Origin: the human T2T-CHM13v2.0 reference genome, Homo sapiens | Reading direction: 5' to 3' (one strand) | DNA: 64,000 bases | NCBI RefSeq assembly: GCF_009914755.1 | Contig: NC_060933.1 | In this document: piece by piece, positions 28,699 to 46,563 of the stretch | Layout of the letters: each line of letters begins with the position of its first letter | Position numbering within the stretch: the stretch's first letter is position 1 | The notes under the pieces: model-generated | The model's input: the letters and a program-made list of their open reading frames with translations, nothing else | Told to the model about the DNA's origin: nothing | Database searches by the model: none | Translations under genes and position numbers: made by a program

Positions 28699-29080
28699 AG
28701 ATATATTAATTCTTTTAATACTTATGACAAACCAATTACCTTTTGATTTCATCTTACAGAAAACGAAATGGAATCTCCAAAGGGTGTGAATCATGCCTAA
28801 CATAACACAAATAGGAAGCAGCACATTTCATGAATCACCGACCCTGGCTTTGCCACTTTTTGCTGTGTGGCCTTGGGCAAATTGCTCAACTTCTCTGAGA
28901 TGTTTTCCTCATCTGTGAAAAGGAAATAATAATAATACTTTTGTTGTGAAGATTAAAGATTATACGTAGAACATCTGAGATGTGCACTGGGTAAACAACA
29001 GAGAACCCAGATGTTATCATTATCATCAACATTGTTACATCGCTCAGTTTCACTCAGCAAGATGGCAAATCAGGTTTCTC

Positions 29081-29715
29081 TGAGGCAGGAGAATAGGATC
29101 TGGAGGCAGGGAACCTAAGGCCATTTCACACAGACTTCCTAGAACCAAATTGAAAGGAAAACCCTTACTTTCCATGCCTAAGTAATAAAAGGACAAGAGG
29201 CTACTCCCTTTGCAAACCCCCACCTTTGCTCCGCAGCAAATGGGAAATTGGCTGTCCACAACCAATCAGACTGACGGCAGGCCAACTCTTCGTTTGCATA
29301 GAAGTGCAGCTTTGTAACTTCACCTTACCCTGTGATTGATTGCTTTTTGCAGCCAATCAGATGTTTGCACAGGAGTGTGACCTTTGTAACTTTAATTCAG
29401 CCTCTCATTGGTTGCTTTGCACAACCAATCAGACTGACTGCGGGCCACCACTTCATCTACATGAGGTGACCACCAAGGGGCCAATGGGAAACCTGTAGAG
29501 GGTGTTTGAAGCCGAGAAGATCCTGTATCTTGGACCTTGAGCCACTGCTCAGGCCTGCTGCCACACTGTGGAGTGTACTTTCATTTTCAGTAAGTCCCTG
29601 CTTTCTTCTTTCATTGCTTCCTTCTTCCTTTGCTTTGCTGGGTGTTTTGTCCAATTCTTTGTTCAAAACACTAAGAACCTGGACAACTCGCAGTCAAGAT
29701 CCTCTAATGGTAACA
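29081..29715 (+). mobile_element. MER51A (ERV1) solo LTR
   Basis: TG...CA termini (tgaggcaggagaatagg...ggtaaca), 635 bp, 4-bp TSD tctc at 29077-29080 and 29716-29719, repeated CCAAT modules. Confidence 0.88.
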
Positions 29716-30789
29716 TCTCCACAAGATCTTTAGATTCTAGACCATTGAAACCTTAGAATGACATGCATCCTTCACTTTGTTAACTGACAGAGTTAGTCCC
29801 CACATATCCAGCACAGATACACAAATCAGCTTGTTTCATCTCTGCAATTCGATTTTCACTCCTTGATTGTAGGGACTAGAAAGCCTCATTTTTCTAGGGT
29901 GCTTTGGATGTAGGTTTTGATTATTTATCAATGAATGAGTAATAAACAAGAAAAAAAATTGCTATGGACAGGAAGTCCAAAGAGCTTCAAAAAACCAGTC
30001 CTATTTCAGAAAGATTTCCATAAGGGAGATGATCCAAATCAGAGCCAAAGGTCCTGGCCCCACGCTCAGAACTTTTTAAGCCTTAGGCCAGAAGAACCAA
30101 ATAGTCCTGTGTTCTGTTTCTGGGGAGAAATCAACTCTCTGATGAGTACACTGTTAGGCAGAGTGCCACAAACAACAATTGCGGTTTTTGCTGTCACTCA
30201 GACTGACCTGGTTAAACCATTATGGAGCAGGTATGACTAGCACAGGGAACTCAGTGAAGAGAGGACAGGTGGCAAAAATTAGGAGACCAGGTAATAGGAG
30301 TGAATCCAGAGGTTCCCATTTTCAGCATCCTCTAGATACCATCTGCTATAACCACAAATAAATTGTACACAACAAATGCTTTCAAAGGGATTATGAGTGT
30401 TCCCGGTTCCTCCCCCAGGACTATGACTTCAACATCTTGAATATCCATAATAAGGATCCCTGGTTTTAATTCTACAAGATTGACCACAATATTTCCTGTT
30501 TGCAGCTCAGCTGAACACAATGGATGGGATTCAGAACTCCTACTCCCCCACGATACCATGTCTCAGGGCTTGAAGGGGCTTCCCATTGAGGTCCCAGGCC
30601 ATTGTGTTTCCACACTGACAAGTGAAAACCCCTTCACAGTAGAAAGACTACTCAGAAATGGTGGAAGGCAGGGAATTTGTCACCTACATTATGACCTTAA
30701 ACCAATCTCTGCTGTATTGCTTCAGAATTTCATATCTTAATCACAAAAATGCCAGCTTCTATGCTGCGAAATCAGTTAATGACTTAACA

Positions 30790-31010
30790 TAAAAACAGCC
30801 TTACATTTTGCCAAGCACTATGCTAGATTTCAAGGAAATTAACTCCTTAATCTTTATCACAACCAAGTGAAGTAGGTACTATAATTATCTCTATTTTACA
30901 GATGACAAAATAGAGGCTTAGAAAAGTTAAGTAACTTTTTGGAGGTCACACAGCTAGTTAGCAACAGAAAGAATACTCAAACTCAGGTCAATCTGACCTC
31001 AAAACTATCC
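30790..31010. mobile_element. MIR SINE
   Basis: attttacagatgacaaaatagaggcttagaaaagttaagtaac...ggtcacacagctag. Confidence 0.75.
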
Positions 31011-31061
31011 TTAGTAGATTTCTATACAAGGTTCTCTCATTTCCCTAGGCCACACTGGGGA

Positions 31062-31469
31062 GGGTCTGCAGCTTCACTCCTGAAGCCAGCGAGACCAGAG
31101 ACCCATCGGTAGGAATGAACAACTCAGGACACACCACCTTTAAGAACTGTAACACTCACTGCGAAGGTCTGCAGCTTCACTCCTGGAGCCAGCAAGACCA
31201 CAAATCCACCGGGAGGAAGGAACAACTCAGGATGCACCACCTTTAAGAGCTGTAACAATCACGGCAAAGGTCTGTGGCTTCACTCCTGAGGCCAGCAAAA
31301 CCATGAACTCACCAGAAGGAAGAAACTCCGGACACATCTGAACATCTGAAGGAACAACCTCCAGACACACCATCTTTAAGAACTGTAACACTCACCGTGA
31401 GGGTCCACGGCTTCATTCTTGAAGTCAGCGAGACCAAGAACCCACCGGAAGGAACCAATTCCGGACACA
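31062..31469 (+). mobile_element. LTR12 (ERV9) 3' portion only, 5'-truncated
   Basis: Tandem modules ggtctgcagcttcactcctgaagccagcgagacc...taagaactgtaacactcac; ends with the LTR12 terminus ccaattccggacaca. Confidence 0.88.
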
Positions 31470-34400
31470 ATATCACCCCCTCTCCCTCCCTGAATATTAC
31501 GAGCCATATGACAGGGGTGTGTCCACCCTCAGCCATATGGGGCATAATATCACCACCCTCTCCCTCTCTGGATACTATGAGCCATATGACAGGGGGTGTC
31601 CACCTCCCACCATATGGGGTGTAATATCACCTCCCTCTCCACCCCGATAAGGGGGGTGTTTACACAGCGTGTCTACAGTATTGGGAGTAATATCATATCC
31701 CCCTTTTGAAATTATGAACAATATGAGAGGAGGGTGTACAGCACCTGCGATATTGGGAGTAATATTATCCTCTCACTTCCCTAGATATTAAAACAAATCA
31801 CAAAAGAGGCGTACACCCTCCACGATATTGGGAGTAATATCATCCTCTCCTCCCCTGGATATTAGGACAAATATCACAGAGGGGTGTACACCTCTTTCTA
31901 TATTAGTATTAATATCACCCCCTCCCCACCTTGATATTAGAAGAACTATCACTGGGTGTATACTCCCGATGCTGGGAGTAATATTATCCTCTCCCCCCGC
32001 CCAGATATTAACAATATCAGAGGGGGTGTATACCTTTGCGATATTGGGATTCATAGCATCCCCTCTCCACCTGGATGTTACGAACAATATCACAAAGGGG
32101 ATTGTACAGTCCCTGTGATATTGGGAGTAATATTGTCATCTCCCGTTTTAAATATAATGAACAGTATCACAAGGAGGGTATACACCCCTGCCATATTGGG
32201 AATAATATCCTCTCCTTTTGTAAATTTTAGGAACTATGTCACAGGGGAGGTGTACACCCCCTGCTATATTGGGAGTAATATCATTCTTTCCTCCCTGAAT
32301 ACTAAAAACAATACAACGGTGGGGATGTACACCTGCGATACTGGGAGTAATAACATCCTCTCCCTTACTGGTTATTAGGAAAAATATCACAGAGGGTGTG
32401 TACACCCTCTGCGATATTGGGAGTAATATCATACAGTACCCCCCTGGATATCAGAGACAATATCACAGGGGAAACGTACATTTACTGTGATATTGGGAGT
32501 AATGTCATCCTCCTTCCATTGGATACTGGAACAATATCACTGGGAGGGTGTACAACCCATGTGATATTGGAAGGAATATCATCCTCTTACCTCATGGTTA
32601 TTAGAAACAATACCATGGGGGGGTGTGCACCTTCTTCAATATTAAGAGTAATTTCATTTTCTTCCCTCCTGGCTATTACAAACAATATCACAGGGAGTTG
32701 TACAGCCCCTGCAATACTGAAAGTAGTATCATCCTCTCCCTCTTTGAGTATTAGGGAAAACATCACAAGGGCGGTGTACACTTTCTGCAATATTGGAATT
32801 AATATCACCCTCTCACCCCTTGGATATTAGGAACAATAGCACAAAGGGGGTGTACACCGCCTGTGATTTTGGGAATCATTTCATCCTCTTCCCTTTGAAT
32901 ATTAGAAAAAATATTATAGAGCGGATGTACACCCCCTGAGATATTGGGTGTAATATCATCCTCTTCCCCCCTGGATTTCAAGAACAATATCACAGGGGCA
33001 TGTACACCCTGCAATATTGAGAGTAATATCATCCTCTCCCCACCTGGATATTAGGAAGAATATCATGGGGGGGTGTACACCCCTGCGATACTGGGAATAA
33101 TATTGTCATCTCTCTCTCTAAATATTAGGAACAATATTACAAGGAGGGTATAAACCCCCTTGTAATATCATCCTCTAGCTTTCTGGATATTAGAAACAAC
33201 ATCTCAAAAGCGGTATACAATCCCCTCAATATTAGGAGTAATGCCATCCTCTCCCTCCCTGGATATTAAAAACAATATTATGGGGGCAGGATGTAAACCC
33301 CCTGTGATATTAGGAATAATATCATCCTCTCCCCCTCTGGATATTACGAACTATATCACAGGGGAAGTTGACGCCCCATGCGATTTTCGGGGTAATATCA
33401 GGCTCTCCCTTTTGAATACTGGGAACAATATCACAAGGGGGTGTACAACCCCTGCAATATTAATAGTAATGTTATTCTCTCTCCCCCTGGATATTAGGAA
33501 CAATATCACAGGTGGGGTGTACACCCTGTGCCATATTGGTAGTAATATCTTCTTCTCCCTTCCTGGATATCAGAAATGAAGTCATGGGGGGTGTACACCT
33601 GCTGCAATATTGGGTATAATAAATTCCTTTCCCCCCCTGTATATTAGAAACGATACCACAGCAGGGGTGTACACCCCATGCGACATGGGGAGTAATAGCA
33701 TCCTCTCCCCTACTGGATGTTAGAAACAATATCACAGGGGCGGTGTACAGCCCCTGCGATATTTGGATTAATATTATCATTTTCCCCCATGAATATTAGA
33801 AACAATATCACAAAAGGGGTGTACACCTTCTGCGATATTTGTAGTAATATCATCCTCTCCCTCCCTGGATAATAGGAACAACATCACAGAAAAGGTGTAC
33901 ACCCCCTGCGACATTGAAAGTAATATCATCCTCTCTGCCCGTGGAAATTAGGAATATTATCACAGGGGGGTGTACACCCTCTGCGATATTGGGAGAAATG
34001 TCATTCTTTCCCAATCAGGATAGTACGAACAAAACCATGGGGGGCGGGGTGTACACCTTCTGCTATTTGGGGAGTAATATTATCCTTTTCCACCCTGGCT
34101 ATGTAGAACAATATCACAGAGAGGGGTACACCCGCTGTGATATTGGGAGTAATATCATCCTCTCTCTTTCTGAATATTAGGTACAATATCACAGGGTTGT
34201 TTACCCCTTCTGCAATATTTAAAGTAATATCATCTTCTTCCCCCATGGATATTAGAAACAATATCACTGAGAGGGTGTACACCCCATACAATATTGTAAG
34301 GAATATCATCCTCCACCCTCATGGTTATTAGAAACAATATCGCATGGGGGGTGTACACATTCTCTAATATGGAGAGTAACTTCATCCTCTATCTCTCCTG

Positions 34401-35667
34401 GATATTACAAACAATATCAGACAGGGTTGTGCATACCCTGTGATATTGAAAGTAATAACCTCTCCCTCTCTTAATATTAGGAAAAATATCACAAAGGGGG
34501 TGTACACTTTCTGTGATATTGGAATTAATATCACCCTCTCAGCCCCTGGATATTAGAAACAATATTCCAGTGGGGGTGTACACCCTCTGCGATATTGGGA
34601 GTAATATTGTTCTCTCCCCCCACTCGATATTAAAAACAATATCACAAGAGGTAGTGGACGCCCTCTGCGATATTTGGAGTAATATCATCCTGTCCCCACC
34701 CCCACCTATTGGGAACAATATCACAGGAAGTGTGTATAACCCTTGCGATGCTGGGAGTAATATCGTCCTTTTTGCCCCTGTATATTAGGAACAATATCAC
34801 AGAAGGGTGTAAATCCCCTGAAATATTGGGGGTAATATCATCCTCTCCTCAGAAGGATGTACACCCTCTGAGATATTGCGAGTAGTATCATCCTCTCACC
34901 CCACGGATAGTACAAACAATATCACAGGGGGGTGTACACACAGGGTGCTTACGATATTGGGATTGATATCATCCTCCCCCCTCCCAGATACTGCGAGCAA
35001 TATCACAAGGGACTGTACACCTTCTGCCATATTTGGAGTAATATCATCCTGTTTCCCCCTGGATATTATGAACAATATCACAGAAGGGTGTACATCCCCT
35101 GCGATATTGGGAGAAATATCATCCTCTCCCATTCTGGATATTGCAAACTATAACACAGGGGGTGTAAATCCCTGGCAATATTTGCAGTGATATCATCCTC
35201 TTCCCCCCGGATGTTACAAACAATATCACAGGAGGGGGTACACTCCCTGGAATATGGAGAGTAATATTATCCTCTTTCTCCCTGGATGTTATGAACAATA
35301 TCACAGGGGGTTGTACACCTGCAGCAATATTGGGAATAATATTATCCTCTAACCCCCTAGGTATCATATCCCTTCCTGGATATTATGATATCATAGAGAA
35401 GGGCACACCCCCTCCGATAGGGGGAGCAATAACATCCTCACTCCTCCTCAATATTAAGAACAATATCACAGAGGAGTCTACCCCTTCTGTGATTTGGGGA
35501 GAAATGTCATTTCCCCCTCCTCTGGATAGTACAAACAATATCGCTGGAAAGTGTATACCCCCTGCAATACTGAGAGTAATATTATCCACTCCCCCCTCGA
35601 ATATTAGGAACAATATCACATGGGAGGTGGACACCCCTGCAATACTGGGAGTAATATCATCCTCTCC
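31470..35667. repeat. SATR1/SATR2-family satellite array, ~76-bp unit (~55 units)
   Basis: Tandem degenerate unit ggatattaggaacaatatcacaggggggtgtacaccccctgcgatattgggagtaatatcatcctctcccccct. Confidence 0.9.
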
Positions 35668-36096
35668 CGTTGGGAATCACTCAGGATGGTGGCAGAAATA
35701 TTAAAGGGAAATATTAGAGAAAGTTACAGGGAAGAGTCACAAACCTTTTGGAAGGTCGAAAGGTTACCTAACTTGTACTAATTGAACAGGCTGAAGGCAG
35801 CCGGATCTCACCTTAGAGCATTAGGTCATAGGGCAAATACTAGGGACAACAGAGGCTTCCCCAGGTAAGTCTGTTTACCCTACCTCCATTAACTAACCTT
35901 TGAGCCAGATGGCCCTCTGGCGGGGAGGTAGACCAGGGAAACTGCCCCCGATGGTATTTACTTTAGACCTTGGTACCTGAGCTTTAAACATTTGTAAAAC
36001 TACTCTCTTAACCATGTTAATTATCCACAAGTGTGTTTACTCAAAGCTTCTGTTGTTAATTCTATACTAAATAAATGCCTGGAGTATGAGCTGCTC

Positions 36097-36100
<4 letters not shown>
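35668..36100 (+). mobile_element. LTR22-family (HERV-K/HML-5) LTR, 3'-truncated
   Basis: (t>c)gttgggaatcactcaggatggtggcagaaatattaaagggaaatattag...; the LTR 3' end is absent and L1 begins directly. Confidence 0.7.
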
Positions 36101-40920
<4,820 letters not shown>

Positions 40921-42240
40921 AGGAATATCATCTTCTTCTCCCCTGAATATTAAAAACAATATCACAGAAGAATGGACACCCTCTGCAATATTAGGAGTAA
41001 TATCCTCTTCCCTTCTGGATATTACAAACAATATCACATGGAGTGTACACCCCCTGCGATATTGGGAGTAATATCATCCTCTTCCCCCTGGATATTAAAA
41101 ATAATATCACAGGGGAATGTACAACCCCTGCTATATAGGGAGTGATATTATCCTCTACCCCCTTGGATATTATGAACAATGTCACAGGGGGTGTACATCC
41201 CCTGCGATACTGGAGGTAACACCATCCTCTACTCACCTTGATATTATGAACAATATCACAGAAGGGTGTACATCCCCTGTGATATTGGGAGTAATATCAT
41301 CCTCTCCCCCCCAGATATTAGCAACAATATCACAGGGGCGTGTACACCCCCTGCGATATTGGAAGTAATATCATTGTCCGCCCCCCACCAGATATTTCAA
41401 ATGATATCACAAGAGGGGTGAACACTCCCTGCGATATTGGGAGTAATATCATACTCTCCACCCCTGGATATTATTAACAATATCACAGGGTGGTTTACAC
41501 CCCTTGCGATATTGGGAGTAATATCATCCTCTGCCACCCTGGATATCACGAACAATATCACAGAAAATGTACGCAAAGGGTGTTTACAATATTAGGAGTA
41601 ATATTATCTCCCCCCTGGATATTACAAACAATATCGCAGTGGGGTGTACACCCCCTTTGATATGGGGAGTAATATCATCCTCTCCCCCTCTGAATATTAC
41701 AAACAATATTGCAGGGGTGTGTACATCCCCTGCGATATGTGGAGTAGTATCATTTTCTCTCCCCTTGAATATTACGACAATATTGCAGAGGAGTGTACAC
41801 ACCCAGCGATATGGGGAGTAACATCATCTCCTCCCCCTGTGGATATTACAAACATATTGCAGGGCTGTGTACACCCACTGCGGTATGGGGAGTAACATCA
41901 TCCCCCGGATATTACAAACAATATCGCAGGGGTGTGTATATTCCTTGCGATATAAAGAGTAACATCATCCTCTCCCCTCCTGGTTATTACCGACAATATT
42001 GCAACACCCCCTGCGATATCGGGAGTCATATCATCCTCTCCCTCCCTTGATATTACGGTCAATATCGCAGGTTATTTACAGGGAGTAACATCATCCTCTT
42101 CCCCTGCATATTACAAACAATATCTCGGGGGGGTGTACACTTTTTGCGATATGGGGATTAACATCATCTTCTCCTTCCCTAAATATTACAAACAATATTG
42201 CATGGGGGTGTACACCAATATCGCATGGTGGTGTACATTC
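40921..42240. repeat. SATR-family satellite (~76-bp unit), continuation after the L1
   Basis: Same unit and orientation as 31470-35667. Confidence 0.9.
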
Positions 42241-42765
42241 TCTTACCTAAGGGAGATATTACTCCTAATATCACAGTAGGTTATTTGTAATAGCTAAAGG
42301 AGATATTACTTCTAATATCATAGTAGGTGTCCACCCTGTGATTTCATTTGTATTATCTAAGGAAAATATTACTCCTAGGATCACAGTGAGTTTATACACT
42401 GTATGTACACCCTTTGATATTATTTGTACTATCTAAGGAGGATATTACTCCTAATATTACAGTAGTTACACACCCTGTGATAATATACGTGATATTTAAG
42501 CGAGATATCACTCCTAATATCACAGTGGGTGTACACCCTGTGATATTATTCATAATATCTAAGGGAGATATTACTTCTAATTTCACAGTGGGGATACGTC
42601 CTATGATATTATTTGTAATATCTCAGGGAGCTATTACTCCTAATGTCACAGTGTGTGTACACCCTATGATGTTATTCATAATATCTAAGAAAGATATTAC
42701 TTCTCATATCACAGTGGGTGTACTACACCCTGTGATATTATTCATAATATCTAAGGATTACATTA
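42241..42765. repeat. SATR-family satellite, ~63-bp unit, inverted orientation (~8 units)
   Basis: Unit ctaagggagatattactcctaatatcacagtgggtgtacaccctgtgatattattcataatat, the reverse complement of a shorter variant of the upstream unit. Confidence 0.85.
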
Positions 42766-42767
42766 CA

Positions 42768-43029
42768 GCCCAGGCTGTAATGCAGTGGCTCCACCTCGGC
42801 TCACTGCAACCTCTACCTCCTGCATTCAAGCGATTCTCCTGCCTCAGCCTCCTGAATAGCTGGGATTACAGGCACGTGCCACCATCCCCAGCTAATTTTG
42901 TAGAATTATAGTAGAGATGGGGTTTCATTTTGTTGGGAAGGCTGGTCTCGAACTCCTTACCTCAAGTGATTCACCTGCCTCGACCTTCCAAAGTGCAGGG
43001 ATTACAGGCGTGAGCCACCACACCCAGCC
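42768..43029 (-). mobile_element. AluS lacking its 3' end and tail
   Basis: Starts at gcccaggctg with no T-tail or gagacggagtctc segment; directly abuts the satellite. Confidence 0.88.
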
Positions 43030-43349
43030 TGACACTGAGCTTTTTCAAAAGCCACTTTTGCATATATGCCATCTCTGGTTGACCAGCACCCTTTTAAGAA
43101 CAGAATCTGCCCAGAGACCAAGTCACTGGCCAAGAAGGAGGAGACAGAAGCACTGACATGCTCGCAGGGATGAGGAAGCCAAATAAGTCACTTTCCTGTC
43201 CGTGTTTCTGCCTTCCAAATCAGATGGAGAAAAATGATTTGCTTTGCAACCACTCACTGACCACACATTGTCTACAATCATGACTCTTGGAAATAAATCA
43301 TTTTCAATGCTCTTTAAAAAATTTTTTTTAATTAAATATGAAAACATTA

Positions 43350-43506
43350 AAAATTAGCTGGTCATACTAGTGTGTACCTGTAGTCCCAACTACATAGGAG
43401 GCTGAGGCGGGAGGATCACTTAAGCCCAGGAGATCAAGGCTGCAGTGTGTTGTGATCAGGCCACTGTACTGCAGCCTAGGCAATAGAGTGAGACCCTGTC
43501 TCAAAA
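43350..43506 (+). mobile_element. AluJ right arm / FRAM
   Basis: aaattagctgg...gagaccctgtctcaaaa. Confidence 0.8.
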
Positions 43507-43796
43507 GTAAATACAATTTTAAAAATAAAATAACACCTGATTCATTTCTCCTTGTACATTCTTTCAAGGCCTAACCCATGACCTTCCAAGGCATCCTGGG
43601 TCAACACCCAGTTCACAATGATCTCTTATGAATTTCAACATTGCTACTGTCCCAGCAGCCTTCATAGTTGACTATTCCAACTTAACTCTAAACTCTAGGT
43701 TCATGGTGCATAGGGGCTACGTTTTCTTTCAACTTAGTCTCAACATCTCCTAAAAATTACTCAATAAATACTCACGTTAAAAATTAGCCTGAGCAA

Positions 43797-44129
<333 letters not shown>

Positions 44130-44228
44130 CTAAATTTTTGAAAGAAAATCCCCCAAACATAAGACATCTCAAAGTCCATCCTGCAGATTATCTAAACCTT
44201 TGTCCCCCAATTAAAGAATCCACCTACA

Positions 44229-44566
44229 TTTTCTTTTTTTTTCTTTTGTTCTTGGGAGTGGGGGGCGAGTGGGGATGGAGTCTCATTGTGTTGCCCAGGG
44301 TGGAATGCTGTGGTGCAGTCTCAGCTCACTGCAATCTCCACCTCAGGTTCAAGCAATTGTCCCACCTCAATTGTCCCACCTCAGCCTCTCTGAGTAGGTG
44401 GGACCACAGGCGCGCACCACCAGGCCCAGCTAATTTTTTTATTTTTAGTAGAGACGGGGTTTCACCATGTTGGCCAGGCTGGTCTTGAACTCCTGACCTC
44501 ACGTGATCTGCATGCCTCAACCTCCCACAGTGCTGGGATCACAGGTATGAGCCACCGTGCCTGGCC
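44229..44566 (-). mobile_element. Alu (S/J) with a small internal duplication
   Basis: Minus-strand Alu; caattgtcccacct is duplicated at about 44354-44381. Confidence 0.85.
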
Positions 44567-45013
44567 CCAGCTTCATTTTCTTTAAATGGCCATACACCTG
44601 ATAACGGTGGGACAGCAGATTGAAATCAAAATGTTATGAATTATTTAACTTCCATTTCTCTTAACAGGTGACTGACCTGTCCATTGTATCCACTCTTGGA
44701 GTTTACGCCTTGGGTAGAAAAATGTGCCTTTCCTAACAATGAAGGAGAGTGTGAGCAGGAAAAAAGTCCACTCTTCCCCTTGTACTTGGCTCATGGGACA
44801 TACTTGGTTGGGTTCGTTCATTTACTCATTCACACAACATTTACCTAGCTTCTCCAAATGCCAAGCAAGTTAACAGGTGCTGGTATAACAGATCCTCACA
44901 ATAGAGCTAAGACGGCACTGCTGCAGATTTGCTCCGCAAGACAGGAAACACTAGCTGCAGGTTTTACTGACATGGGATAGAGCTTCAGGCTAAAAAAGAA
45001 GAAAAAACGTCAT

Positions 45014-45312
45014 GGCTGGGCACAGTGGCTCACACCTGTAATCCTAGCATCTTGGGAGGCCAAAGAGAGAGGCTAGCTTGATATCAGATGTTCAAGACCA
45101 GCCTGGGCAACATAGTGAGACACTGCCTCTACAAAAAAATAAAATAAAATTAATTAGCCAGGCATGGTTGTGTGGGCCTGTAGTCCCAGCTACTTGGGAG
45201 GCTGAGGTGAGAGGATCACCTGAGTCCACTCGGTCAAGGCTGCAGTGAGTTATGATCATGCCACTGCACTCCAGCCTGAGCAAGAGTGAGACCCTGTCTA
45301 AAAAAAAAAAAA
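45014..45312 (+). mobile_element. AluJ
   Basis: Alu dimer whose tail expanded into (GA)n/(GGGA)n/(GGAA)n. Confidence 0.85.
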
Positions 45313-45478
45313 AGAGAGAGAGAGAGAGAGAAAGAAAGGGAAGGAAGAAAGGGAGGGAGGGAGGGAGGGAGGGAAGGAAGGAAGGAAGGAAGGAAGGAAG
45401 GAAGGAAGGAAGGAAGGAAGGAAGGAAGGAAGGAAGGAAGGAAGGAAGGAAGGAAGGGAGGGAAGGAAGGAAGAAAAA
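45313..45478. repeat. Purine microsatellite including 21 consecutive GGAA units (45372-45455)
   Basis: Counted directly. Confidence 0.95.
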
Positions 45479-45879
45479 AAGTCACTAGTCTTCCACCAGA
45501 ACGCTCCTAAGTGTAAGGCTAATCTTGTCTACCTGATCTGAGAGCATGGTTGGAAGGACAAGTAAGCTCTAAATTTTGTCTAAGCCACAAAGATCAGCCG
45601 GCTAGGTCAGCTCCTCCCCCTTGCTCTTCCGAGGTCCCTGCCCTGGGGACAGACAAATGGACTCTGGGGACCACTCCATGGGCTGGATCCAATCTCCGAT
45701 GCCGCTGCAGCGCCAAGATCTCAAAGCATTCACAACACGATGCAAGAGACGGGCAGTCACTTCAGGAAAAGGGAGAGAGGAGAAGGTAGGTACAAGGGCA
45801 ACGGCAGGCGGAGCTTTCCCAAGAAAGGTTCCCAACTGAAGACAAGGCATTAGAAGCTGTGTTATTTCTCCAGGAGGGG

Positions 45880-46470
45880 ATGGGTGAAAGCAAAGACCCC
45901 TGATTGTGACCGCAGAAACGCAGCCAGGCCCTTAGAAACCCGCGGCTTGGCCCCTCCGCTGGGACCTGGACGTGGATCCCCCGCAAGCTGTGCCCTGCCG
46001 CCAACCGCGTTTCCAACAGCTACAGCGCGGAGGCGCCCAGCTCGCCCACCCACCCTAGGGGGTGCGTGGGAACCGCGGGGTTCGCTACGCGCACTTCGGA
46101 GTCCCTTCTGGGCGGCTCGGAGGCCTCATCTCGATCGCGGGCCCTCCAGGAGCTGCCCCGGTCCAGAGCAGGATAGGATGGGGGCTCCCCAAGGGAGGAC
46201 TGCAGGAAGACAGAACGGGATTTCTTCACCTGCCCTTCATCGCCTAAGAGGGCCTAGACTCTAACCGGCTGTCTCTTCCATGCCGTCGCCACAGTCCCCA
46301 TGTGCACCCGGTTTGCCCTCCCCTCTTCCTGCCCTGTGTCGCCTGCCCCCACTCCGCCTCCCTTCGTGACCGCTGGCCGTGTTGACCCTGCGAGGCCGGC
46401 GCCCTTAACTCTCAGGCCAGCCTGTCCTCCTCTCCCTGTGTGCACCCCAACGCCTCTCAGCTCGGCCTGG
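45880..46470. promoter_or_regulatory. CpG-rich promoter-like region
   Basis: High GC and many CpGs outside any recognisable repeat; GC-box-like cccactccgcctccc at about 46328-46342. Confidence 0.6.
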
Positions 46471-46476
46471 AGCATA

Positions 46477-46563
46477 TATTAGGTTGGTACAAAAGTAATT
46501 GCGGTTGTGCAATTTTTTTTTTAATGGCAAAAACCGCAATAACTTTTATAACACCCATAAATA
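46477..46563. mobile_element. MADE1 (Hsmar1-derived mariner MITE)
   Basis: tattaggttggtacaaaagtaattgcggtt ... aaaaaccgcaataactttt palindromic TIR pair. Confidence 0.88.

Noticed and set aside
30332-30740. Exon-like unique sequence with overlapping ORFs
   Set aside because: No recognisable domain in any frame and no convincing splice-site pair.
45234-45510. ORFs with EGRK/PSFL repeats
   Set aside because: Translations of the GGAA microsatellite.
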